DNA of 64,000 bases, taken from Bythopirellula sp. GTDB lineage: Bacteria; Planctomycetota; Planctomycetia; Pirellulales; Lacipirellulaceae. The DNA lies in the NCBI GenBank assembly GCA_965216565.1, contig OZ244170.1:2144001-2208000 (forward strand), read 5' to 3'. Positions 1-11,121 of this stretch are shown one piece after another. The notes under the pieces are model-generated. The model was not told where the DNA came from. It searched no databases and was given only the letters and a program-made list of their open reading frames with translations. The stretch's first letter is position 1; every line of letters starts with the position of its first letter. A program made the translations under genes and the position numbers.

Positions 1-756
1 ATACTCTGGAGTAAATTCAGCATACGTGATTGATTGCGGGAGAAGCCGACTTCCTTCTCGAGTCTTAGAGACATGTGTCTCGCCTCCCCGACTATATTTA
101 ATCGTTAAAAGCTTGGGCTCCCCGGGAGCTGGGTCTCGGCCGGCAAATTCGTTGTTGATACCAATTTGCCTGCCACCTTTTTTAAGTCTCCGAGTAAGCT
201 TCTCCGTAAGGTCCACTTGTTTCTCGCTATCATCCGGAACACCGTAGACTGCTCGAAGAATCTTAACCTTCAGGGATTCAGGATCCTTTTCCGCAGAACG
301 AATCCATTCAGCTTGCCAATCCCGAGTGTGTAGCAGTCCAAGTTCGAATCGCGCCGGCTCGCTCCATTGAGACTCGTGACCATTTGCGTCCCAGTATTTC
401 ACTCTCCAGTACGCGATATCTCGTGAGCCGAGTGGCTTCCCGTCATAAGGTACAAATACAGATTGATCAGACTCGACCTTTCCGGAATCCCAGTACTCGG
501 CAGTGCCGGGCAGATCATCGGTTGATTTGCCTACAACGATTCGATAGGCGGACTGACGCTCGACATTGTTATCGGCTGGTATACGCCACGAGAATGTGGG
601 CGCGCTATCGTAGAAGCCAAGCGGCTCGTGAAATCGCTCGCTGAGAGTAAGCATCTCCGGTGGAGCGATCTCGGCCGATGCTGACGGCATTGTTGCTGCC
701 AACGCAAACATGCCTAAGCCGATCATCAGCGAAGTAAAATTAGCGATAGATTTCAT
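1..756 (-). CDS. Alpha-L-rhamnosidase (GH78) N-terminal part, truncated by window edge
   Basis: Not in ORF track. ATG at 756 (minus) reads a signal peptide, then EPLGFYDSAPTFSWRI..QSAYRIVV..WDSGKVESDQS..YWRVKYWD..WSEPARFELGLL..W, the typical GH78 N-terminal Fn3-like region. Confidence 0.8.
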   Translation of the reverse strand, partial: MKSIANFTSLMIGLGMFALAATMPSASAEIAPPEMLTLSERFHEPLGFYDSAPTFSWRIPADNNVERQSAYRIVVGKSTDDLPGTAEYWDSGKVESDQSVFVPYDGKPLGSRDIAYWRVKYWDANGHESQWSEPARFELGLLHTRDWQAEWIRSAEKDPESLKVKILRAVYGVPDDSEKQVDLTEKLTRRLKKGGRQIGINNEFAGRDPAPGEPKLLTIKYSRGGETHVSKTREGSRLLPQSITYAEFTPEY

Positions 757-1052
757 AACTCTTTAGCGCCTCAGTCTGTCGAATCGCCTAAGCTAGATAG
801 CCATACACGCACTGCGTAAGTTTACGTCCATTAGGCGTGAAAATGGACAAAGAAAGATTGAATGGCTGGCAGAAATTTCCCGTTCTAGGCCGCACACCTC
901 AAAGTTCGCAGAGTCAGCAGGAGAGATCGTCGGAGTAGTTTACTTAGTTCACTCAACTTTCTAGAGTGAGTCTCTATGATGCCATGACTTTGCCGCCGCT
1001 GACAATGGCACCGCTATTTCTAAGAGACCAAAGAGATTGTGAGTTACTGACA

Positions 1053-3506
1053 ATGATGCGTCTTGTAGTTCTAGGCATTTGTTTCTCAACCTTCACCTCG
1101 CTGCTAGAAGCTTCAGAGCCAACTAGCAGCGCGTCCATCTCTGGCGAACTTCGTCAATGGCACAAGGTAACGCTGACCGTGGATGGTCCCCTGGCTTCTG
1201 AAGAAGGGGACCCTAATCCGTTCCTTGACTATCGTATGCAGGTGACTTTTCGGCACCCGGATAGTGGGCTTGAGTATATCGTTCCAGGTTACTTTGCTGC
1301 GGATGGAAATGCCGCCAATACTTCAGCAACTTCAGGCAAAAAATGGAGGGCCCACCTTTCGCCAGATCACGCGGGAGAATGGGTCTACACCGTCTCCTTC
1401 AGGCAGGGTCCCGAAGTTGCAATTTCCGATGATTCTAGTGCAGGTACCCCCGTCGAATCCGCTGACGGCCTAAACGGGTCATTTGAAATTGCGACAACGG
1501 ATAAGAAAGGGCGTGACCTCCGAGGCAAAGGGCGTCTCAACTACGTGGGAAAGCATCACCTCCAGTTTGCCGGTAGTGGTGAGTTCTTTCTAAAGACGGG
1601 TGTCGATGCACCAGAGAACCTTCTCGCCTACAAGGACTTCGATGGCGATTTCAAGTCGGACGGACACAAAGATAAACTTGTGAAAGACTGGGGCCCACAT
1701 ATTCAAGATTGGCGACCCAGTGACCCAACATGGCAAAATGGAAAAGGGAAAGGCATCATCGGAGCGATCAACTATCTTGCTTCGCAGGGATTAAACTCTT
1801 TTTCCTTTATCACTCTGAACATCATTGGCGACGATCGAAACGTTTTTCCCTATACCAATTACGATGAACGTGGGCGAATCGATTGCTCACGCATGGATCA
1901 ATGGGAAACTGTCTTCGCTCACGGCGACAAAATGGGCATGTACCTGCACTTCAAGACGCAGGAAGCAGAAAACGTCAACCTGCTAGACAATGGTGAACTC
2001 GGTCCACAGCGCAAGTTATACTATCGCGAATTGATCGCACGGTTTGGCCACCACCTGGCGTTGAACTGGAACCTGGGCGAAGAAGTCGGCCTCTACAATA
2101 AGGTCAGCACAGAGAAAAAAGTTGCTTGGGCCGACTATTTCTGGACCCATGATCCCTATCAACACCACATCGTCATCCACAATGGCGACAATCACTTCGA
2201 ATTGCTAGGTGAGGCTTCGCGACTGACTGGCTTCTCTCTGCAGACAAACCAGCCCGACTTCCGATTCGTTCACCCTCGCACGCTCGACTACATCCAGCGA
2301 TCGGCCAATGCCGGCAAGCCCTGGGTAGTGGCCTGCGATGAGCCTGGCGACGCTACGCACGCACTGCTGACCGACGACGAAAATCCAACGCATGATAACG
2401 CGCGTAAGAATGCCCTCTGGGGGAACATCATGGCCGGTGGGGCAGGTGTAGAATGGTACTTTGGGTACAAACATCCGCACAGTGATTTGACGTGCCAAGA
2501 CTTCCGCGTTCGTGAGAACATGTGGACGCAGTGCCGCCATGTACGGGCTTTCTTCAAGGACCACGACATTCCATTTTGGAACATGACCAATGCGAACGGG
2601 AAGCTATCTAGTAAAGATGCCTATTGTCTGCACGACCCTGGCAAGTTGTACTTGATCTACCGCAAGCAGGCCGAGCAGACAGAGCTCGATCTCTCTGGTG
2701 TGGAAGGCGCTTTCAAGGTGCTGTGGTTTGATCCCCGGCAGGGTGGGGGGCTGAAGCCTGGCACTACTCCTTCGGTCGTCGGAGGTGGGAAGGTTCTGAT
2801 TGGAGATCCTCCAAGCAATCCCGAGCAAGACTGGTTAGCCGTCCTTCGGCCCGGTGAGCCCCCTCAGGCAAAGAAGGTTCACCAGCAGACCGATGGGATC
2901 GTCGTCGTCGAAGCAGAAGACTTCGATAGAGTCGATCGTCAGACGCATCGCAAGTGGTATCTCACAACTATCGACGAGGCACCACAAGTGAAGCCAGATC
3001 CCGATCAGAATCATGCGGACGGTGCCAGCGGCGGGGCCTATCTTGAGATCTTACCCGACACTCGAGTCACGCATGCCGACCCATTGGTCCACGGCGAGAG
3101 TTTTACCAATACGCCCGGTGAGTGTAGTGTTCTCTACTACCCAGTGATGATCGAAAATCCTGGACGCTACTACGTATGGGTGCGCATGTGCTGCACCGGT
3201 TCGGAGGACAACGGCCTGCATGTTGGACTCGATGGCAAGTGGCCGGCGTCGGGTGCACGGCTCCAATTCACAGGCCAACACGGCAAGTGGCAGTGGGACT
3301 CGCGGCAACGGACCCCAAAGGTACATACTGGCGTACTGGGTCAAATCTGGCTCGACATCGACGAACCGGGGCTGCACACAATTATGTTTTCGATGCGTGA
3401 GGACGGCTTTGAGTTTGACAAGTTCCTCCTGACGCGGGAACAAAAGCCAATGAAGAGCAAATCGGGCGAAATGGGACCCCCTGCCAGTCCCCTTGCTAAC
3501 AACTAG
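1053..3506 (+). CDS. Secreted DUF5060-domain protein, putative glycoside hydrolase with C-terminal CBM-like beta-sandwich
   Basis: Signal peptide from ATG 1053; N-terminal WHKVTL..NPFLDYR..VPGYFAADG (DUF5060-like); WNLGEE and VACDE acidic motifs; WFDPRQG segment; C-terminal VEAEDF..MREDGFEFDK domain. Confidence 0.7.
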   Translation: MMRLVVLGICFSTFTSLLEASEPTSSASISGELRQWHKVTLTVDGPLASEEGDPNPFLDYRMQVTFRHPDSGLEYIVPGYFAADGNAANTSATSGKKWRAHLSPDHAGEWVYTVSFRQGPEVAISDDSSAGTPVESADGLNGSFEIATTDKKGRDLRGKGRLNYVGKHHLQFAGSGEFFLKTGVDAPENLLAYKDFDGDFKSDGHKDKLVKDWGPHIQDWRPSDPTWQNGKGKGIIGAINYLASQGLNSFSFITLNIIGDDRNVFPYTNYDERGRIDCSRMDQWETVFAHGDKMGMYLHFKTQEAENVNLLDNGELGPQRKLYYRELIARFGHHLALNWNLGEEVGLYNKVSTEKKVAWADYFWTHDPYQHHIVIHNGDNHFELLGEASRLTGFSLQTNQPDFRFVHPRTLDYIQRSANAGKPWVVACDEPGDATHALLTDDENPTHDNARKNALWGNIMAGGAGVEWYFGYKHPHSDLTCQDFRVRENMWTQCRHVRAFFKDHDIPFWNMTNANGKLSSKDAYCLHDPGKLYLIYRKQAEQTELDLSGVEGAFKVLWFDPRQGGGLKPGTTPSVVGGGKVLIGDPPSNPEQDWLAVLRPGEPPQAKKVHQQTDGIVVVEAEDFDRVDRQTHRKWYLTTIDEAPQVKPDPDQNHADGASGGAYLEILPDTRVTHADPLVHGESFTNTPGECSVLYYPVMIENPGRYYVWVRMCCTGSEDNGLHVGLDGKWPASGARLQFTGQHGKWQWDSRQRTPKVHTGVLGQIWLDIDEPGLHTIMFSMREDGFEFDKFLLTREQKPMKSKSGEMGPPASPLANN

Positions 3507-4990
3507 TGAGAAGGCCAGTCATGCATTGTAGAAGTGATATTTTTTCTAGAGGAAAATCCATTGCTATTCGCAGTCTGTCGTTGACTCTATTTACCTTGGC
3601 CACCTTGAGCACTTCGTTGTCTTTTGCTCGCCCGAATGTGCTGTTGATCGCCGTCGATGATCTGAACGACTGGGTCGGCTTCTTAGACGGTCATCCGCAA
3701 ATTCAGACCCCCAACATAGACCGGCTGGCCAAGCGAGGAGTTGTTTTCTCAAACGCACACTGTGCGGCGCCACTCTGCTGTCCTTCTCGAGCTGCTGTTT
3801 TCAGCGGCAGGCAACCCTTCCAAACAGGCGTATACAACAACGAGCATCAAATCCGCAAGCTTCATCCCGATTTGGTACTGCTACCTGAGTACTTCCGGTC
3901 TCACGGTTATCGGACTAAGGGAGCAGGTAAGTTGATGCACCGGAAGTATGCCGATCTCTACGACGACTCGTTCTTTCCCGAACAGCGTTGGAGCCCCTAC
4001 GCCAGCAAGGAACCGCAATTGCCACAGGATGATTCTCGGTTGGCAATGCGTCCTTTAAACAATATGCCTAACGATCGGCAAAGGCTCCAACCTGGAAAAT
4101 TCAGTTCCTTCGATTGGGGAGCCGTTCCTGTCCTAGACGATGAGATGGGTGATGGGAAAGTGGCTAGGTGGGCCGCGGACCAACTGCTAGATGAATCCAG
4201 TTTAGACAAGCCATTTTTTTTGGCGGTGGGATTCTATCGCCCACACATACCGCTCTATGCACCAACCAAATACTTCGAACTGTATCCGACGGACTCAACA
4301 GTACTGCCGCAGGTATTGCCCGATGACCTGAACGACGTAGGTGGGGCTGCGATATCGCTGGCCCACTCAATCCAAACTGCAGGATTGCACAGAAGTGTTC
4401 TGCAGCAGGGGCAGTGGAAAGATGCCGTGGCCGCTTACTTGGCTTGTGTTTCGTTCGTGGACGCGCAAATTGGTGATATGCTCGACGCTCTAGACAATGG
4501 CCCGCATGCGACGAATACAATCGTGGTGTTATGGAGCGATCATGGCTGGCACCTGGGTGAAAAGGAGCACTGGGGGAAAACCACCGGCTGGGAGCGATCC
4601 ACTCGGGTGCCGCTGGTTATAGTCCCTCCGATTTCCGAGGGAGCCAAATACAAAAAAGGTAGTCGATGCGAAGAGACAGTCGGACTAATCGATATTTATC
4701 CAACGTTAGTTGATATCTGTGACTTTGATTCCAAGCCGGGGTTGGATGGCGTATCGCTCGTCCCGCAGTTGTCGAATCCAGCTCTCAAAACGAATCGCGC
4801 TGTCATTACGACAGTCGAAAAGGGCACTTACTCAATTCGCAACAAACGCTGGCGGCTAATCCAGTACTCTGACGGGTCTAGAGAACTGTACGACCATCAG
4901 GAGGACCCACATGAATGGACAAACCTGATAGAGGACAAACGCTATGACGCGGCAAAAGAAGGGCTTGCTCGTTCACTGCCAAGTGGATGA
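3506..4990 (+). CDS. Sulfatase (formylglycine-dependent, S1; iduronate/choline-sulfatase-like)
   Basis: PNVLLIAVDDL, CCPSRA (CxPxR), GKLMH, SDHGWHLGEK. Confidence 0.92.
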   Translation: MRRPVMHCRSDIFSRGKSIAIRSLSLTLFTLATLSTSLSFARPNVLLIAVDDLNDWVGFLDGHPQIQTPNIDRLAKRGVVFSNAHCAAPLCCPSRAAVFSGRQPFQTGVYNNEHQIRKLHPDLVLLPEYFRSHGYRTKGAGKLMHRKYADLYDDSFFPEQRWSPYASKEPQLPQDDSRLAMRPLNNMPNDRQRLQPGKFSSFDWGAVPVLDDEMGDGKVARWAADQLLDESSLDKPFFLAVGFYRPHIPLYAPTKYFELYPTDSTVLPQVLPDDLNDVGGAAISLAHSIQTAGLHRSVLQQGQWKDAVAAYLACVSFVDAQIGDMLDALDNGPHATNTIVVLWSDHGWHLGEKEHWGKTTGWERSTRVPLVIVPPISEGAKYKKGSRCEETVGLIDIYPTLVDICDFDSKPGLDGVSLVPQLSNPALKTNRAVITTVEKGTYSIRNKRWRLIQYSDGSRELYDHQEDPHEWTNLIEDKRYDAAKEGLARSLPSG

Positions 4991-5140
4991 GCTTTGTCTA
5001 ACAATGATCGCACGGCAAGTCTCTGTTGGTCACGCCTATCGATCACCGTATTCTTGGATTGAGTGAAGCAAGGCAATCCGATGGAAACTTACACATGAAA
5101 TGCGATGCTACGAAATAGTCCCTCCTAATGAGCTGCCAAA

Positions 5141-6727
5141 ATGCAACAAAGTGTTTTTAACCTAAGTAAACTACACACCACGTTTGCCTTAGTTGCTATC
5201 CTCACGTTATCAATCGCATTTACGTTGGATGTGCGTAGGTCCATTGGTGCTGGGAAGAAGCCCAACGTCATCCTAATTCTTGCTGATGACCTTGGGTGGA
5301 GCGATACCTCGCTGTATGGCACCACGAACTTCTACAGGACGCCTAACATCGAACGGTTGAGCAGTCGAGGTATGACTTTCACGCGTGCCTATTCGTCAAG
5401 TCCGCTCTGCTCTCCTACTCGCGCAAGTGTTTTGACCGGCCTCAGTCCAGCACGAACTGGCATCACGTCGCCCAATTGCCATTTGCCTAAAGTCATTCTA
5501 AAAGCCTCTGAAGTTACAACCGCCTCGCCGGACAAAAAATCAACGATTCCAGAGTCTGTCTCCAGACTGGACACGAGCTACTACACTCTTGCGGAGATGT
5601 TCAAGGACCAAGGCTACACAACCGCACACTTCGGCAAATGGCATTTGGGTGCCGAACCGTATTCGCCACTGGAACACGGTTTCGACATCGATGTTCCCCA
5701 TTGGCCAGGACCGGGTCCGGCTGGAAGTTATGTCGCCCCCTGGAAATTTCCGGACTTCGATCCTCATACTCCCGACGAGCACATCGAAGATCGGATGGCG
5801 GATGAAGCAGTCCAATTTTTAGAAAGCCACCAGGAAAAGCCCTTTTTTCTCAACTACTGGATGTTTAGCGTTCACGCACCGTTCGACGCAAAACAATCAC
5901 TCATCGAGGCATACGAAGAGCGTGTCGATCCCCAGGACCCCCAGCGCAGCCCCACCTATGCGGCCATGATCGAAAGCATGGATGACGCGGTTGGAACTCT
6001 GCTCGATACGATTGATCGCTTAGGAATCTCAGACAATACCATCATCATTTTTGCCTCGGACAATGGTGGCAATATGTATAACGAGGTCGATGGCACGTCT
6101 GCGACGAGTAACTTTCCGCTCAGAGGCGGAAAAGCAACGATGTACGAAGGCGGAATACGCGGTCCCGCTGTGGTAGTTCAGCCTGGAGTGGTTCAAGCTG
6201 GTTCGCGAAGTGAGCAGATTATTCAAAGCTGCGACTTCTATCCAACGATTCTTGAACTACTAGGCATTGATGTACAGCCAGGCCAAGAGTTTGACGGAAT
6301 CAGCATAGTTCCAGCGCTGCAAGAAAAACCGCTCGATCGCGAGGCAATTTTCACCTACTTTCCGCACAGCCCAACCATTCCAGACTGGTTGCCTCCTGCG
6401 GTCAGTGTTCATCGGGGCGACTGGAAGCTAATTCGAATATTCTACGGTGGCGAAGCTGGTAAGCACCGGCATAAACTCTTCAATCTAAAGAAGGATCTTG
6501 GCGAGACAACCGATCTTGCTCAAGAGCATCCTGAACGCGTTGAGAAACTCGACGCCTTGATTGAAGAGTTTCTTCTCGAGACCAAAGCTGTTCGGCCTCT
6601 GGCCAATCCGAATTTCAACCCAGAGAAGTATCAACCGGAGTTGGAGGGGAAGGCCGAGCTACGAAGTCTCGGGGGTGCTTCTCGTAAGAAAAAGCGCGCA
6701 CCGCCGGCCAAGCAGAATGCCAGTTGA
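5141..6727 (+). CDS. Sulfatase (arylsulfatase A-like, S1)
   Basis: [34 protein letters not shown]. Confidence 0.93.
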   Translation: MQQSVFNLSKLHTTFALVAILTLSIAFTLDVRRSIGAGKKPNVILILADDLGWSDTSLYGTTNFYRTPNIERLSSRGMTFTRAYSSSPLCSPTRASVLTGLSPARTGITSPNCHLPKVILKASEVTTASPDKKSTIPESVSRLDTSYYTLAEMFKDQGYTTAHFGKWHLGAEPYSPLEHGFDIDVPHWPGPGPAGSYVAPWKFPDFDPHTPDEHIEDRMADEAVQFLESHQEKPFFLNYWMFSVHAPFDAKQSLIEAYEERVDPQDPQRSPTYAAMIESMDDAVGTLLDTIDRLGISDNTIIIFASDNGGNMYNEVDGTSATSNFPLRGGKATMYEGGIRGPAVVVQPGVVQAGSRSEQIIQSCDFYPTILELLGIDVQPGQEFDGISIVPALQEKPLDREAIFTYFPHSPTIPDWLPPAVSVHRGDWKLIRIFYGGEAGKHRHKLFNLKKDLGETTDLAQEHPERVEKLDALIEEFLLETKAVRPLANPNFNPEKYQPELEGKAELRSLGGASRKKKRAPPAKQNAS

Positions 6728-7188
6728 CTAAGTCCGACTCCAAGCAAGTGGCGAATGCGCAAGCTTCTAATTCCCTCTATTTCTTCTTTGCCTAATTCAA
6801 GATGGGAGCGGGCTTCTCAGCTGAATCTGACCAAGTCGATGTCGCACAGCCTGTCCCACAGGAAAATTTCGCCTGTTGCCCCCCCTGGACAGCGTTGCAG
6901 TTGCTCCACAATCGACTTGCTAGAACCGCTATTGGTTAGTACAGGGTGATGAATCTCAATTCGGGTCGATCCTGGATGCCCTGTGGAGGAAGTACTGCAA
7001 CCAGTGGCCGAACTAGCACCCCATTAATTCATTTTATTTAAATAGAATTGAACCGACCATTCTAGGCCTATCTCATTTTACTTTTTATGTCCATTTTTCT
7101 GCTACCTTGGCGTGACACTGTTGGAAAGTTATATCTTTCGCATCGGACAACCAAATCACCCGCAGTGGCAATCATTTGCCGAATCATC

Positions 7189-7953
7189 ATGACCCAAATC
7201 AAAGTTTTAATCATCGCACTCTCACTCTTCTGGTTTGCAGATGCTACCATCTTTGCGGGCGAATTAGACCCGCAGCAAAGCAATTGGTATGAGCACTACA
7301 GCAAGCAGGAGAATGCACCCAAGCCAGCAGAGATGTTGCTGAACAAGGATTCGGAGCCCAACTTGAAGAGTGGATTCAAGCCGCTGTTTAATGGCAAAGA
7401 CTTGGGCGGCTGGACTCCTAAGGGCGGAACATGCAAGTTCGAAGTACGAGACGGCATGATCGTGGGAACCTGTGTGCCTGGATCAAATAGCACTTACCTA
7501 TGCACAGATAAATCGGATTTCACAGATTTCATATTCACTTGCGAGATGAAGTGGGAAGTCGAAGGCAATAGCGGAGTGATGTTTCGCGCCCGGTCGAAGA
7601 ATAACAAAGAAGGCGGAGTGGTCGTTTATGGCCCGCAAGCTGAGATGGAGGAATACTCGAAGAACCGCGATTGGTCTGGCGGTATCTACGGCCAAAGCTG
7701 TGGCGGCTACTTTTATCCGCTTTGGCTGAAAGAACATAAGGACGCTCGTTCTGCCCAAAAGGAACAGGAGTGGAACCGTGTGACAATCTCCGCCAAGGCT
7801 AATGTTGTCAAAACTTGGTTGAACGGCGTACCAATTGCGCACTGGGTCGATGACGGGGCTTACCCTGAGGGGTTCTTTGGGCTACAGATACATAAGGGCA
7901 AGAAGGGAATCGTGCTTTGGAGGGATATTCGAGTCAAACGACTTAGAGAATAA
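7189..7953 (+). CDS. Secreted DUF1080 (3-keto-glycoside hydrolase/hydratase family) protein
   Basis: LFNGKDLGGW, GNSGVMFR, EWNRVTI, GFFGLQIH, WRDIRVK; signal peptide from ATG 7189. Confidence 0.88.
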   Translation: MTQIKVLIIALSLFWFADATIFAGELDPQQSNWYEHYSKQENAPKPAEMLLNKDSEPNLKSGFKPLFNGKDLGGWTPKGGTCKFEVRDGMIVGTCVPGSNSTYLCTDKSDFTDFIFTCEMKWEVEGNSGVMFRARSKNNKEGGVVVYGPQAEMEEYSKNRDWSGGIYGQSCGGYFYPLWLKEHKDARSAQKEQEWNRVTISAKANVVKTWLNGVPIAHWVDDGAYPEGFFGLQIHKGKKGIVLWRDIRVKRLRE

Positions 7954-8011
7954 TTGTATTTCCTGATACTTGCATGCCACACGATTAATCATTGCATTTC
8001 GAGACTTCATC

Positions 8012-9688
8012 ATGACCAATTCAAGCCGACGTGAATTCATCAAATATAGCGCAGCGGCAACTGCTGGGTTCGCACTACCGCACCGAGCTTTTGCGGCCAC
8101 CAGCGAGCAAGTGAATGTTGGCATCATTGGCTGTGGTGGTCGAGGAATGCTGCTATTGGATGTATTTAAGAAACTACCCGGAGTCCGAGTTGCTGCCGTC
8201 TGCGATCCCGATCGGGAGCGACTGGACAAGGCACAGGAAAAGGCAAAGCGCGCCCAGAAGTGCACCGATATGCGTCAAGTGTTCGAGAACTCGGAGATTG
8301 ACGCCATCGTCATTGCCACCTGCAATCATTGGCATTGCCTGGCCGCAATTTGGGCGATGCAGGCTGGAAAGCATGTCTATGTAGAGAAGCCACTAGGCCA
8401 CTCAGAGTGGGAAGGGCAACAAGTTATTGCCGCGACCAAGAGATACGATCGGATCTGTCAAGTTGGAACGCAGCAGAGAAGCGACCCCATGCAGGCAGAG
8501 ATCAAGAAGTTTCTACATGAAGATAAAGTGATCGGAGATGTCGAGTCTGTTCGAGTCAATCGATTTGGCCAGCGCCCTGCAATCGGACGTCGTTCACAAC
8601 CTTTAGCTCCTCCCGAATCAGTCGACTACAATCTGTGGCTTGGACCTGCCCACGATATCCCTATTCTGCGAGACAACTTGCAGTACGACTGGCACTGGGT
8701 CTGGAACACTGGTTCGGGTGAGATGGGGAACTGGGGAGTGCACATTCTCGATGATGTACGCAACAACGTTTTCCGCGATTCGGTATCGGCACCTTCTTCG
8801 ATTGTCGCCGCCGGTGATCGATTTGCGTGGAACGATGCTGGGGAAACGCCCAATGTTCACTTCGCGATCTTAGATGCTGATGGGATTCCCGTTGTAGTGA
8901 CACTTTCGAACCTACCGGAACGAAAAGAAATAGGGAAATCACCAACTCCCAACAGTGGCTACGTCACCTACTGCAAGGGTGGGCATCTGAAAGGAGCCCG
9001 GGGACATGCATCTGCCTACGACTCTCAGGGCAAGTTGATTCGGAAGTTTAAAGGCGACAGTGGAATGATCCATCACCAGCAGAATTTCATCGACGCAATT
9101 CGAAGCAACAGTACGTCGGGACTGACCGCGCCGGTTCAAGTTGGCCACGACTCAACCACGTGGTCCAATCTGATCAATATCGCAACACGAATTCCTAAAG
9201 CAGCAGGAGGATCTACCATCGGGGATTTCTCGTACAACTTTGGCAGTGAGTCCGCATCAGAGGTCTTCACAAGCATGCGACGCATTGCAGGTGGGAAATC
9301 GGGAAGTAAGGCTGCAACTGAGCTTGCATTGGGCCCAACGCTGCAGTTTGATTCGCTGCGAAACGAATTTACAGGCGAACATGCCAGTGCTGCAAATGGA
9401 CTGTTGCGCCGCGATACCCGCAAGCAATTTGAGATTCCAGAAATCGAGACCGTTCAGTTACTAGTTAACAAATTAGGCTATTCGCCCTCAACAGGCATTC
9501 GCTGGCGACCTTCGGCTAGAGTTCGCGACAAATACGGCTACCTTCAAAGCACTCAATTCATAGGCGATTGTCTAAGCTTGACAATCGTTGAGTGTGAGCG
9601 TCGCTGCTACCCACTTGAGCCATCGACCCAAATCCTCCCAGGTACTCAAGAACTAAGCTATGTCTATCCGCACCTGGACTCTTACTGA
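8012..9688 (+). CDS. Tat-exported Gfo/Idh/MocA oxidoreductase (C-terminus appears over-extended)
   Basis: SRREFIK Tat motif, GIIGCGGRG, HVYVEKP, QVGTQQRS, WGVHILD. Confidence 0.9.
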   Translation: MTNSSRREFIKYSAAATAGFALPHRAFAATSEQVNVGIIGCGGRGMLLLDVFKKLPGVRVAAVCDPDRERLDKAQEKAKRAQKCTDMRQVFENSEIDAIVIATCNHWHCLAAIWAMQAGKHVYVEKPLGHSEWEGQQVIAATKRYDRICQVGTQQRSDPMQAEIKKFLHEDKVIGDVESVRVNRFGQRPAIGRRSQPLAPPESVDYNLWLGPAHDIPILRDNLQYDWHWVWNTGSGEMGNWGVHILDDVRNNVFRDSVSAPSSIVAAGDRFAWNDAGETPNVHFAILDADGIPVVVTLSNLPERKEIGKSPTPNSGYVTYCKGGHLKGARGHASAYDSQGKLIRKFKGDSGMIHHQQNFIDAIRSNSTSGLTAPVQVGHDSTTWSNLINIATRIPKAAGGSTIGDFSYNFGSESASEVFTSMRRIAGGKSGSKAATELALGPTLQFDSLRNEFTGEHASAANGLLRRDTRKQFEIPEIETVQLLVNKLGYSPSTGIRWRPSARVRDKYGYLQSTQFIGDCLSLTIVECERRCYPLEPSTQILPGTQELSYVYPHLDSY

Positions 9689-10784
9689 TATCGATCAACA
9701 AATCCACAAGAGTAATTTTCATCTTGCGGCAAGCGATTCGGAGAGTTCATCGGACTCCTGGAAAGTATCCTGTCAGACGCTGGATGGAGGCTTGCGCGAA
9801 GGGGTCGATCTTATTGAAATCGACAACGGCTACATGCAACTGCAAGTGATTCCCACGCGCGGCATGGGAATCTTGCAGGCTACGACAAAGGAAGGAAAGA
9901 CTCTTGGTTGGAGCTCACCTGTCAATGGTCCCGTCCATCCTAGCTATGTTCCCATTTACGATCCTAGTGGACTAGGTTGGCTGGAAGGTTTCGATGAGTT
10001 ATTGGTTCGCTGTGGCTTAGAGAGCAACGGAGCCCCAGATTTCGACGAGCAGGGGAGGCTGCTCTACCCATTGCATGGTCGAATCGCGAACCGACCTGCT
10101 CACCATGTCGAGGTGACTATCAATGAAGAGGCACGCACAATTAGTTTGCGAGGCACCGTGGACGAAACACGATTCCACTTTCAGAAACTGCGATTGGAAG
10201 CCACGATCACCACGGGCTTTGATTCTTCGTCATTCACGATAACCGATAGCGTTACGAATATTGGCGGAACACTGGCTCAAATGCAAATGCTCTACCACAT
10301 TAACATTGGCGAACCATTACTGGGTCCTGGAGCCGAGTTCGTTGCCCCTATTCGGAATGTAGTACCGAGAGACTCAGATACCATAGCGAGTGAAGACTGG
10401 AACAATTACGGTCCTCCTACAGCTGGCACCAAGGAGGAGTGCTTCTATATCGAGTTGCTCGGTGATGAATCCAACCAGACGCAGGTTCTACTGAAAAATG
10501 CAGAAGGGACTGAGGGGACAACTGTGACAACGAACCTCACCCAGTTGCCCTATTTTTCGCTTTGGAAAAACTGCGTCGCCAGAGAAGACGGCTACGTTAC
10601 CGGAATTGAACCTGCTACCAACTATCCCAACTGTCGATCGGTTGAAACAGAGGCAGGCCGCGTGGTTAGTTTGGAACCCGGTGAAAAGTGGTTTGCTGAC
10701 TTATCAATTGACTGGTTAACGAGAGCAGCAGACGTTGATCATGTAGAAAACGAAATCAGATCTAAATTCAAGAAAAAAGCATGA
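9660..10784 (+). CDS. Aldose 1-epimerase family protein (DUF4432-like)
   Basis: PTRGMGI, PLHGRIAN, LYHINIG, YVTGIEP. Confidence 0.85.
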   Translation: MSIRTWTLTDIDQQIHKSNFHLAASDSESSSDSWKVSCQTLDGGLREGVDLIEIDNGYMQLQVIPTRGMGILQATTKEGKTLGWSSPVNGPVHPSYVPIYDPSGLGWLEGFDELLVRCGLESNGAPDFDEQGRLLYPLHGRIANRPAHHVEVTINEEARTISLRGTVDETRFHFQKLRLEATITTGFDSSSFTITDSVTNIGGTLAQMQMLYHINIGEPLLGPGAEFVAPIRNVVPRDSDTIASEDWNNYGPPTAGTKEECFYIELLGDESNQTQVLLKNAEGTEGTTVTTNLTQLPYFSLWKNCVAREDGYVTGIEPATNYPNCRSVETEAGRVVSLEPGEKWFADLSIDWLTRAADVDHVENEIRSKFKKKA

Positions 10785-11121
10785 TGCGGCACGATCGTGT
10801 GGTGAAAACTACGGCGTCTGTTTCGACGATTACGAAGACCGAGTGCTCTTTGACGAAGCCGGCTTGTACGAGTATTCGGGAGTCGACAAGAAGAAAGTTG
10901 AGATCAATCAAACTCCAGATCTCGATACTGCACTGAGCCAGAAGTAGAAGTAATGCGCGGCAGTGAATCGAATTCTTCGGCGGTTGAGCCCTTGCAGATT
11001 ATGGCTCTATGTAGAACTGCAGCATTCACACGCGACTTATCTGAGGCCTGACTCGTACCCTGATTGACGTACCTCGTTATCCCCTGGGGGCGGTGGGCGA
11101 TATCAATCTAAGGAAACAGAG

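Noticed and set aside
6755..6949. 64-aa ORF between the sulfatase and DUF1080
   Set aside because: No RBS or motif, and atypical composition.
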